Shown: positions 51,162 through 64,000 of the stretch, in pieces
Numbering within the stretch: the first letter of the stretch is position 1
How the letters are laid out: every line of letters begins with the position of its first letter
Assembly: GCF_009914755.1 (NCBI RefSeq)
Contig: NC_060925.1
Reading direction: 5' to 3' (one strand)
DNA: 64,000 bases
Source: the human T2T-CHM13v2.0 reference genome, Homo sapiens
Position numbers and translations under genes: made by a program
Notes under the pieces: generated by a model
Databases searched by the model: none
What the model saw: the letters and a program-made list of their open reading frames with translations, nothing else
What the model was told of the DNA's origin: nothing

Positions 51162-52788
51162 GGCCCTCTGGCTTTCCCCAGCCCAGATCCTGCTTGGCTC
51201 AAGCCACATCATATCCCACCTGATGTGTTACTGAGCTCCTCGTCTCCAGCCCCCACCAGTCTTGTGATTCCTGCTTACTGGTTCTAGAGTGGCTTTTCTG
51301 AAGCCAAACAATCTTTAGGAACTGAGTTTTGTAGGAATCTGACATTGCTTCCAATTCTCCTCAGAGCTGTTCTGGGACATGTACAGCCAGAGAGGGTCTG
51401 TGCGGCCCCAGAGGTCAGAGTTAAGACCAGTGGGAGGAGCACAGGGGGCAGGTTTCAGCTCTGAGGGAGGTAGCACAACTACCAGCCAGAGAGTCTACTG
51501 TTGTAACAGACTGCTCTGGGGCAGAGAAGATAGGGTAGTAGTGGTTTCCCCCATCAGTAGAGGTGTGTGAGCAGGAGTTTGAGACCTCTTTTCTTCCTCC
51601 AACATTGTAGAGGATTCTTAGGCATCAAATACAGGTGTCGAATTCCAAACCAGGACCCAAGATTGTAAACACTCCACTGCACTGTCTCTATTTCCATGTC
51701 TGCATCCCTTCTTGGGCTGGGAGCAATTTGAGAGCCTTTGTGGTTGGAAATAAGCATGTGGGTCTGATTCATCTCCAGAGCCTAGCACTTGCTAGGTTCA
51801 GTAAGCACTTGCTGAGTGAATGAATAATGTGTAAGCTTCTGAGATTCCGGAATTACTGATCCCGGCCTCTGCAGCTGAGGAATGGCAGGGACTTGGTGTG
51901 GAAAAAAGGCTCCCCTCTGACTGCCAGTCTCTGAGAGCTCCCTACTTCAAAGGGCTTGTAGAGAAGAAGGGCTTTCTGGAGTAAGTGAGATCCTGCCCCA
52001 ACCCTCCCCTCCCCTTTCCACATACACACCAAATGTGCACATGAAAATCTAGCTTTCTTATCTGCCTAGGCTCAGATTTGGCACCCTGGGGCTTAAAAGG
52101 CTAAGGGGAGGGAACTCACAATCCATCCAGATGTCCTTAAAGGCCTCCAGCTGTGGACCATAGGACATTGCTCCTTCTGAGGTGTCAGTTCCAACTTCTA
52201 CCTGCATGGAGGTGTGAGGCCCTGCAGAATGGGAATGGAAGAGGCTGCCTGGAAATAGGAAAGGCAGAGAATATCAACGAGGGCAGCAGAACTGGCTGGA
52301 AGGATTCCAGGAGAGGGAGAATGAAAGGGGACAAATAAGGCAGAGGTTCTCACTTTTGGAGGGGAATTCTCTAAAGAGGACAGAGTCCTTAATTCACGTG
52401 TGATGAGTGAATGACTGGAGATGGATGGTTGAGTGGATGACTGGAATGAATGGCGGTCCATTCAAGGACTTCTTGAAAGTTTTCTTAGGCTCTGTGCAAA
52501 GAGTCATACCCAACGTCTGTCCCCAACGAGATCACAGTAAACAGATGGATGAGACCACAGTTGTAATTCAACATGGGGACAGACCTTGAAAGATGGAAAG
52601 GGTGTGGCTACAGGCTGAGGACAAGGTTGAGCCAAATTCTCAAAGAGAGTTCAGGGTCACTTCCATAGGATTTGAGAAGCTCTGAACATTTCATGAACCA
52701 CTTTGAGGTGAAATTCAAAATGGCCAAATATCTTGGTTGGTGTTAAGTTTATGCCTTCTTAAATTGGGCTTTGGTATGGGTAAGATAT

Positions 52789-52940
52789 AGTATTAGGATA
52801 AATAGCTAATGCGTGCGGGGCTTAATACCTAGGTGATGGGTTGATGGGTGCAGCAAACCACCATGGAACACGTTTACCTGTGAAACAAACCTGCATGTTG
52901 TACACATGTATCCTGGAACTTAAAATAAGATTAAAAAAAA
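52789..52940 (+). mobile_element. Short 3' end of an older L1PA (PA11-16 range)
   Basis: ggcttaatacctaggtgatgggttgatgggtgcagcaaaccaccatgg; TSD aagatatagta/aagatacagta. Confidence 0.85.
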
Positions 52941-55900
52941 GATACAGTAGGCATAAAAATTCATGAAAAACTTATGGAAGAAAATTAAAAATAGAGAAAA
53001 CCATATTCTTAATGTAATTTGTTTGAGTGTGAATTGAAAACTTAAATGGGAAGTGTACTCTCTGTACATTGTTTCATTTAATACACTTCATATGAGAATT
53101 ATTACACATACTTTTCATATAGGAATGCTTGAGTTCAGGGAGGTTAAATAACTTGTTCACAGTTCCACAGCCAAAGGGGCAGAACTGAGATCTGGTGCTT
53201 CAGTTCTGACTTGGAAGCCTGCTAATCTGTATTATACCACAGGGATCTTAAGATCCATCTCAGCAGAAGGACTCCCGAGTACAACTCCTGGAATTCCTGA
53301 GCCCACAGGAACAGAGCTTGGAAGCTTTGAGTCTGAACAAAGACCTGGAGGCAGGAGAACCAGGGGTGAGCTTGTTGGAGTAGTTACTCTTCATCATGAC
53401 AGAGGAGAGTGTTTGCTTAAGGGAGGGGAGGGAGCTGACGCTAAGAGGGGGATTTGGGCCTGTGCACTGGGGGCTTTGAACATGAGACCAAGAGCTGCTC
53501 ACACTTTGCAATGCCCCTAGTATAGAGTTAACATCAAATAGCTATTTGTTGGAAATACTTGCAAGCCAAGAAAATGCAAAAATAAGCTTGGTATTGTGGG
53601 GGAAAAATGAGATTTGAGTTATTTCAATTCAGTTTCTGCTGTTCCTATGAACAGAATTTATAACAAGGTCATTAAATATTAGTTAACATTTATTGACTAC
53701 TTACTTTGTGCCAGGCACTGTTTTAATAACATTACATGAAGTAACTCATGTGTCCTCACAATAATCCTATGAGGTAGGTACTGCTATGAACCTATTTTAC
53801 ATATAAGAAAATGCAGGTAGCCTTGGACAAATGACATATGTTCTCAGGGTCTTGGTTTTGCATCCATTACATAGAGAAATGAACTATATAAAATTGCTCA
53901 TGCATGGCCAACACACGGTTGGTGTGCAAGAAGTGTTTGTTGAATCTCAGTCTGACACGAGTCTGACATGAGTAATGAAGTGACAAGGCCAAGGTTTTCT
54001 GACTCTAAACTTTGGTTCCTCTGCCACCCCATTCCTCATCCCAAGGGTTTTGCACAGCGTAGGTGAGCATTAAATGTGTGTTAGACGAATTCCAGGGTCC
54101 ACTTTGGTGTGGTTGCCTCCCTGCACTTGACCCATAGGAAGGATGGGTTGGGCTCTCCTGAATTGGGAAGTCCCCGCCCGCAGACAGGCACTGCTTCCCT
54201 GATTCACAGGGCCTGATCTCCAAACGGAAAGTTTTCAGGCAGCCTCTGGGGACAGGTGGCAGGCATCCCCTGACAAAGTTTTTTTTTTCCTTTATGCTTG
54301 TGTCAGCCCTTGGGCAGGGTGGATCCCCAGCTCTCTGGGTGGTATGTGCAAGACCGTATCAGCTTGTCTGAGAGCCAAGTGTGGATGAAAAGCGAATGTG
54401 TCTCACATTGCTGAGTGGGCGTATAGCAGCCTGTGTTTGTGTTAGCGTGAACCAATCAGTCTTCATGCCCATTTCCTCCTAGATGTGTATTATCTGATCC
54501 TTCAGGAAAAAAAAAAAAAAAATCACTCAGCTGAGGAAACCCAGGCTGGGAAGTTCTGACTGTGGGTATTTGGCCATGGATGTCCTGCATGTGCTCTTTG
54601 CAGGGAGATCTTTTCCCTAACATCCACTCCCTTCTGAGATTGCTGCAGAACTGGTGACAGGACCCTTAGGGTCACAATATCTGCAAAGGCTCTGGCTTTA
54701 AATGGGCTCTGCAGGGAGGAAACAGGGAGAGGAAGCTAGCGCTGTGTGTAGGACTCTGGGGCGGGGAGAGGACAGAGAGGGAGGGTGCAGTCAAGCAGAT
54801 GAGGAAAGCCAGTGGGGGTTCCCAGACCTTCTGTCCCTCCCAGCAGCATGGTAGTGCAGTGAGAGGTGTGTATGTCACACAAGCCTGGGACTTGCTGAAA
54901 GGTTTTTAGTGCAGCGCTAACCAGACAGGGACCCTGCTGCACTTGGAATGAGGGTAGGGGGTTGAGGATGGAGGTTGGGGGTTGGGATTTGTGTGTGGGT
55001 TTGGGGTGGGACACATTTTCAGTTTTAGAGTTCGACTGCTGGCTGAGGTCTCAGCCTGGCTCTCGGCCCCTCTCCTGAGCCTGACAAGGATGGATTCTAG
55101 GCCACCTTGGGGTGGGAGCTGTTCTCAGGAAAGCCTGGCTCACTGGACCTGTCAGACCCCCAGACCCTCCCCCAGCACTCCTTGAACCGCCCAGCTGGAG
55201 TATGTTTGCACAGCTGGGGATGGGGAGAGGAGTGGGTGGGGAGGGGCTGCCCTCTGGGACCTGAGGCTCTGGCCAGATCTTCTTCGGACAGTTGGAAGTG
55301 GCCCAGAATGATGGAAAGGGCTGTGCGGAGCCATGAGTGGATGTGGAGCCACAGGGCTGCTGCTTTCCAGCAGCAGGTCGTGGAGCTTCCATGTCCTTTT
55401 CTGTAATGTGGGGAGGATAACATACGTAGCAGTCTGTGGTGGGAGCTAAACCTAATCATTCACATAAGGAACCAGCCTAACGCCTGACACACAGTGGGAG
55501 CTTAAAATATGAGTTCCGTTTTGTTTCATCTTTTCTTTCTAGTCTGTTTCTTCTGTTTTTCATTCTGCAGAATCATCGTTAATTATTGCTGTATACATTC
55601 ACTGAGTGGCACTGGCAGCAGGCAGTGTGGATGCTGTGGTGAATGAGATGGAACCCAGCCCTTGGAGCAGCCCACAGACTCGTGGCAGAGACAAGCAGAT
55701 GAGGACAATCCATATAGTAGGCAGGAACAGGGACATCACAATCCCTGGAGCAATGCTGTGAGGTGCTTAATATGATCACTCTCATTTACAGATAAAACAC
55801 TGAGACTTAGAGAAGTGAGTGAACCATGGTAGGATGCAATCTTCATTCGGCTCTGAGTCCAGGTTCCCAACTGTTTCCTCAAGGCTCTTTGCCACTTCCT

Positions 55901-56979
55901 TAGGTGTCCTTCTTCCCTGGGCTTCCTCAGCTCCCCTCAGAGCAATGATCATCTGCGTCCTCATTATTTGTTTGCTGAGCTCTTGTCCCTGTCAGTCTAA
56001 AAGCCCTTCAGGAGCTGGAATCATGCCTGGACCAGGGGCCTAGCATAGGGTCTGTCACAGAGCAGGCATCAATGCCTGTTTGTTGAAATGGAACCAGTAC
56101 AGAAGCACAACAGGGCAGCACTCCCCTCAACTTCAGCTCCCCAAAGGAGTGATGAGCAGAGTCTGTAATTCCAACAGTCACCCTTCCCTCTGGATTCGAC
56201 CTCAGCAGCATGACCCCACCCTAGATGGTCTGGGTCTTTCCCTCCCTCCTTTCTTCCTGGTCGCACATTCAGGCCAACAGGATACACAGGGCAGGATGTG
56301 CAGTGGCCAGGCATGTCCAACCAAGTAGGCCAACCTAGGAAGTGAGGATGAAGTCCAGGGGAAGGAGAAATGCCTAAGAAAAGTTTGCATCTCTTAAAGC
56401 AGTAAGCAAAGGAGCTTAAGGAATTTAGAATTGGGACTAAGTGTTCAGAGAATCGGCTTAAAAAGCAGGAGGCTGAAAAAGCGTGCGTCTGTCTGTTGTT
56501 GGCATCTGAGTGGCTGCCTCCCTTCCTTGTCAAAGCCCTGTACATGTTGCCCATTTGCTTGGGTCCTAGCAGGCCCTGAGGCCAAGGGAGCCTGGGAAGG
56601 AGCTACCCTGGGAAGGAGCTCTCCTTGGGGAGTGACTGACAGGTTGTCAGGCAGCAGACTCTTGGATGGGAACTTGGCTCTCAGGGCAGATCAGACAGCA
56701 GCTGAGATCCCAGGATGAATGGGCCCTTGTGATGGTAATGGGTGCTCTGAGGCTGCCTCATCTGCCTCTGCTCTGTCTCTTCTGCACACCCCCAACCTCC
56801 ATCTTGCCTTCTTGTCCTCTCCCTGTTTACTGGCCAGTGATGTGGTGGGTGGAAGAGCCAGTAAATCCATCAGGCGGGGGAGGCAGGAAGACTTGGACCA
56901 TCAGTTCATGAATCAGCCCAGCTCTGGGGCTCCTGTCAGTCGAACACAGCACAGCAGCATCTGGAGTTGGTGCTCCAGG

Positions 56980-57215
56980 GGCACTGTGGTAGGGAAGGAG
57001 AAGGCACCTCCAGGACCAGACAGACCTGGCTCAAATCCTGGCACCTCCACTCACCAGCTCCGTGATCTTGGGTAAGCAACTGGACTTCTCCAAGCCTCAG
57101 TATCCTCCTCTGTCAAATAGGGATAATAGAAACTGCCTTGCCTAACTCACAGGTTGTTGAAAGGATCAAATGAGAGAAAGGGTTTCCAAATTGCTACCAG
57201 TGGACATTACCGTTA
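56980..57215 (+). mobile_element. MIR
   Basis: cagacagacctggctcaaatcctggc...gcctcagtatcctcctctgtcaaataggggataat. Confidence 0.75.
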
Positions 57216-59760
57216 TTGCCAACCATGCAGTGGGCTCAACCCAGAATCCAGCTCAAACTCAGGTCTCTTGACTCCCAGAGTTTGGTTCTTGCCCTGTACC
57301 AGACCCTCATATTGATCTAGCCTAGGTTTTAGCCTGGTCTGGAAGCAGGGTGATAGACTTGATGACCTTGGGTTGACCCTTTCTGGGTCTGCCTGATTCA
57401 GCTGGAGAGGTTGTAATAAGAATTGAGCCCCGGTGTGTTGTGTAAAACTGATTAAACGGCTGGTCAGTAAATGTGACTGATGAAATTGTATCTCCCACTG
57501 AATCCCTGAACAGATCCCTAGAGACTCAGTGTAAAGGGTGTGTCTTTCTTGCGGAGCAGTGGTGGGGGGTGACGGGGGAAGGGGTGGGTGTTAGGCATAA
57601 GGGAGGAGGCAAATATATACTCCAGCCCTCAAGGAACTTGCAAACTCTTTGGAGATGTGGGACACCTATTTAAGAGATGTTAGATAAAAATACAGGGAGT
57701 CCAAGATCTCTTGTCTGGTCTGTTCACAATAGTGCCCCCAGTGCCTCGTGCACATAGTCAGCATTCAATAAATATCTAGACACATGAAGGAATAAGGCAA
57801 GTGAATGGCACAATGTTTGTATGTTATCTGTATGCCCTTTGGGACTTTTATGCCCCTGGGAGATTTGGGTCAACCTTGGTGTGAAGCTCAGATTGCTTGG
57901 TTATTCTGCAGGTGTTTGTCTTGCTTCTCTGTTCCTGCTCCTGGGGATCTGCAGCACCCTTTGTGCCACGTCAAACCATAGAATCAGACATAAAGCTTTG
58001 CCTTTCTCCTTTATCCACAAAAATTTGATTGCCCTGGGGATTTTGCCATGCTTTGTCACTCGACTGAAGATTTGACGGTGTCATGGGGAGGGATCACAGG
58101 TTTTGCCAACTTTATAGACTGCCCAGTGGATATCTACCAGCTCCTTTCTCACTCCAACCTGTGGCTTTTCTTGCAGGGAGAACTACCAGTCTGCTTTCCT
58201 CAGTCTCAGAAAATTCCAAGGAATACAACATTCTCCATTTGTTCCCTTCCACATTAATCTTCCCAAGAGGGTTCCGGGCTCTTTGAATTCCCAGATGAGT
58301 TCACCGAGGGCAGTGAACCAGATTCAGACTCAGGATAGAGAAGCCCTTTCTAACACTGAGAATTATCCAGATTGCCTAGAGGTGCTGAGCTCCCTGTCAA
58401 AAAAGGTGTGCCAGCAGAGTGAGGTTGCAGAGGAGCCCCAGGTGTGCAGGTGAAGATTCTCAGGTACTTGTGGGTTGGAAAGTGTATGAAGCCAAGCAAC
58501 AGGAGAGCTGGGTTTATGGCCCCAGCTGTCTTAGTAACACTCACTATGGGTCTGACTAAATTCCTACCTTTGTCTGTGCCTCACCATGTCCTACCTGTGT
58601 CTATGTCATCGTTTGTTTGCACAACAGTCTCCTGCACAGCAGGGGCTAGGCAGGTCTGAATGGGTGCTCACTTAGGATCAGTCACTGCAGCTCTAAGACA
58701 CTGTGATTTCCTGGTATCTCAAGAGTAGAAGGTGATTTTTTTTTTCTGCAACAGGAATTGGGTGTCAAGTTTGTGGGAAATTGAAAGTGAGTGACTGAAT
58801 CTTCTTATCTTTCTGGCTCTAGGCCCAGCTGGGGCTCTGCCTGGCTCTAGCAGATGGGAAACGGTCCTTGGGTGAGGGGAGCTGGCCTCAGACCCTCCTC
58901 TTGTCTGTGGAGAAAATGAAGCAGGCTCTCAGCATCCTGCATGGAGTGGGCCCAGCTAGGTGGGGCTGAGCTTCCTGATCTGTGGAGGCAGAGGAAAGGA
59001 ACGGCACGGACCAGTGTGGCTTCTGTGTTGGCAGCTTGTAGGGAGAGCATCTTCTGCATCTCTGTGCAGCCCAGGCTCAGGGAGGAAAGCAGTGCTGTTG
59101 GAATGGGACTGGAATATGGATGGAGCCTTCCTCTTACAATGCAGACTTCATAGGCTCTTAGTATCCATCGTAACAAGGCCCAGTATGATCTGCTCCCTGC
59201 CCCCTATAGTGGATTTGTAGTGTGTCAAGTTAGCTAGGTTGCAACTGGGTTTTCCAGAGTTGCCTTCCCTGCATAGAGTCAGGTGTACAAGGGGCACAAG
59301 AGACATTTTGTGGGAGATTTGGAAGGACAAGAACAGCAGTAGTATTCTTTGACACTCAGAAGGGCAGTGCAGGGCCCCAAGCATTGGTGCAGTCACACCT
59401 GTTAGCATGGGAAAGCAGCTGGGCCTGCAGTTCCTCCACCTCCTGCGGTATTTTCCCTTGGCCTCTTCTCCTCCTGCCCTAAGGATGTGTTCAATTCCAT
59501 GGTGAAAAGCTGCTTCTCGTGGAGTTTACCCTCACAGCCCAAGTTGGGACTTTGGAGTTAGTGAGACCTTCAGGATTCCATCTTCCCATCCATCTTTCCT
59601 CTAATTGTCTGCCCTTGTGACTTCAGGCCTCAGCATCAGATCCAAGAAAACAGCCTCAGATAGATGGTTAAACCACCCCCCACAGCTGCATCAGGTCAAA
59701 TCCCTGGAATAAAGCCCTTATTATTCTGATCACCCCTAGCAGTTCTGCTTCTCTCATTAA

Positions 59761-61025
<1,265 letters not shown>

Positions 61026-62259
61026 GCTAAATGTCTCTCTCTCTCTCTCTGATAGACCTTCGCAGGTTTGTGGTTTTTTCGTGTGTATGTGCATATAGGG
61101 TGTGGTCATGTGTATTATGTCGGCCTCCCCAGTAGACCACAATCTTCATGTAGTCGTGGGCCACAACTGACTACATTCACCTTATATAGCCTGGCCTAGG
61201 AGAGTGGTTGACACATGGTAGTTCTTTAGTGATGACTTATTTAATAATTGAATGAAAGATAGAAGAAGAAAACAAAGGAAAAAGAAAAGAAAAGAAGAGA
61301 GGAAGAGATAGGATAGAAGGAAGAAAGAAAGAAGGAAAGAGGTCTTATTTATCATCTAATTTCTAGCCGCTATTGCTTCCCCAGAGCACCTTCCAGGGCA
61401 GGCTGGGCAGCAGCCTCTCTGTGTCTCCATTATACATCCATTCTTACACTGAATTTTGAGTGTGTCTTGGTTCCTTTTCTCCTAACTAGACCGTAAGCTC
61501 TCTGGGGTAGGGACTGAGTCTGGCACAGGGCAGGAGTGCAATGAATGTGTGAACTTGTGGAAAGTCTGGGTATTTTAGCATGGCATTCCAAGTCGTTTAC
61601 CATCAAGCTCTGGCTCACCCTCAGGCTCATCTCTTCCTGTCCCCAAACTCTTCCTTGTTCCCTGAACAAGCCACATTCCCTCCAAGGCTTTGTGTATGCA
61701 GTCACCTTGGATGGCCTCCCCACTTCTTCCTCTGGCCAACTTCAGGCTATTTTTCAAGGCCAGTTTTAGAGCATCTTCCCAGGGCTGGCCAGAGGGTGGG
61801 AATGCTGGCAGGATGGTGAAGGTGTACTTGGGCTGAAGTGCTGACTGATTTTTTTCCCCAAGGGGTTTCTTTCTCGCAAATGCTTCCCAGTGATTCAAAG
61901 GCTTTCCAGAAACAAGAGTGGTCACTGGACCTCAGAATAGAAGGGAGGCTCCAGTAAATGAACTGGACATCGTTTCCCTCTCCCTCCTGCTGGCATTTCC
62001 TCCACTCCACCCCCAGTTGCCCTGACACACACCTTCCTTCTATCTCCTCTCAACTCAGTGGCTTACCCCTTGCACAGGGCTTGGAGTTAATTTGGGATCA
62101 CTAGTATCCCTGTCTGTGGTGTGGAGTTCTGGTCCTTATACTTCATTCATCCGTGTTCATTCGTTTTGAATGAATGGAGAATGGAACATTCTATTCCTGA
62201 TCCTTCAGACAAAATGTCATTATGGTGATTCATGGACTCAGAATTCCAGAACGAATTCC

Positions 62260-63250
62260 TTGTGCTGGGCACTGGGAATACAAGATACTCAGTTTCTGAC
62301 TTGGTGAACTCTCAGGCTGACTGGAAACAGAGACAACTATAGCCTGGGTTGATAGATGGGATCACATGGGCCTGTGGCACAAGGGGCGACAAGGGAGCCT
62401 TTTCAGAGGATGTGGCATCTAAACTTACACCTGAAGGATTATCTGACTGGCCAGACAAAGGAACAGCAAGTGTCCTAGGCAAAGGGGTGGGGTCCCAGAC
62501 ACAGAGCACAGCAAGGAAGGCCTGGAGGCAAAAAAGAAGGGCCCATTCCAGGTACTGGAGGACTGCAGTGCAAACTGAGATGGAGGAGGATGAGGGTCCC
62601 CTCCTGGTGAGGGTGTCCACTAGGAGATGAGGGTGGACACGTTGGCTGGGATCACACCAAAAAGAGACTTAGGGAATCAGGATAACAAATTTGAACTTTA
62701 TTCCGAGGGCAATGGAGAGCCATGTTGGGTCTTGGTCTATCTAACTATAAAGCAAAAATAACAACCCTTGATTTTATTCTGCTGTGAAGGACAGCATTCT
62801 AGTGTATCCTCTGCTGCTAGCTCACTGTGCGACCTTGGACCTGTTCTTCTCTACCCTCATGTCAACCCTCCCCCACTTTCCAGCTCCAGGCCCCTTCAAC
62901 TATTGAGTAAGGCATTTGGACCAGATGATTGTTAAGATCTTCTAGCTCTGAGATGCTCTAATTCTAGGATATTCTGTATGATTAATTAATTAATTAAATA
63001 ACATTTACAAATTTTGTGCCAGGCATTTTAGAAGACCATGATCCCAGTCTGCTGGAGAGGCAGATACACAAATCCATACCCATAACACAAAGCAGAATGA
63101 GCTCAGAACTGTCGGAGCACAGTGGAGCAAGTGATTCATTCTCCCTCAGGGATCTGGGGGCGGCTTCAGAGAGGAGGCAGCGGATGATCTGGGCCTTGAA
63201 GGATGCACTGGGGGACAAAGATAGGGCCTGCTTTGTTCAGGGAGAATGAG
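62260..63250 (-). mobile_element. L2 fragments
   Basis: tgtgctgggcactgggaatacaag; ttgaactttattccgagggcaatggagagcca; ttgtgccaggcatttt. Confidence 0.5.
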
Positions 63251-64000
63251 TCACTTGGGGGCTAGAGACAGGTAGCCAGATACTCATGGGGGGTCCTGAA
63301 TGGCTGAGGGGTGTGCTCTGTCCTCAGTAGGGCACGGGGAAAATGTGGAGGACCTGGGAAAAGGAAGGTGGCTGGAGGAGGAGGGTGAGCTCGCTCACTC
63401 TATCTATGGGAGACTAGAGTGGAGTTTGTTTTATTGATTGAAGTCAAATTCATGTGGTGCATACAGGAAAGGGGTCATTTCAGAGCCCCATCTATAAGTC
63501 AGACTGTGAGGCAGGTACTGAATACTTGATCTTTCCTGTTTTAACCCTGACAACAACGCTCCAAAGCAGGAATGGGAATTCAGCTTTCGACAGGAGGAAA
63601 CAGGCTCGATGGTGAAGTACTGTGTCCCAGGTTACACAGTCAGAAGGTGGCGGAGCTAGAAGTGCACCCCCATCCCCACCGCCCATGGGGTGCCCACCTC
63701 CAGAGCTGTGACCCTTTTACAGGCTGCTCTGGCTGCTTGGTACCCAGCCCTCCCTGGACCCTGAGGCAGATATTTTCCACTGGACCCAGCACCCGTGTCC
63801 AAGGGCTTGGTCCAAGACATTTCCCGCTGGCCTCTGGTGATGCTGGGGTGTGGAGAGGAGTGAGTGCTCGAGGGGAGAGGAAGTGCCTTCCATCTCTCCT
63901 GTCATGGGACACCCTCCAAGAATGGGCACCAGGCTCCCCACTGCCCCGGGTGGGGATAAACTCTTGAACTCTCTGCAGAGATAAAAAGCACTATCTTCTC

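Noticed and set aside
61250-61342. Purine-rich (GAAA/GA)n tract; also the purine-rich 11030-11330
   Set aside because: Low-complexity sequence without a clear long mirror repeat; common background

Overview
Human-type (primate) genomic DNA containing the 5' end of TRABD2B (TIKI2, a Wnt-cleaving TraB/Tiki-family metalloprotease) on the minus strand. Coding exon 1 is 11551-11652 and exon 2 is 8899-9462. Intron 2 runs off the left edge. A CpG-island promoter lies at about 11.4-12.8 kb. The remaining ~51 kb upstream is repeat-rich with no credible protein-coding gene: Alu J/S/Y, L1PA/L1M, L2, L3/CR1, MIR, MaLR and LTR33 solo LTRs, MER20/MER5 and microsatellites. I see no new multi-gene system. 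The observations most worth checking are: a strong-Kozak 15-codon uORF and a stop-free in-frame 5' leader of TRABD2B; a NAGNAG acceptor at exon 2; divergent CTCF-like motifs around the probable TSS; a ~430-bp polyadenylated retrocopy of unidentified parent inside an old L1; a 109-bp dispersed local duplication; a 31-bp minisatellite with 62-bp higher-order structure; and several candidate enhancer patches. Repeat subfamily names and the boundaries of old elements were called by eye and are approximate.
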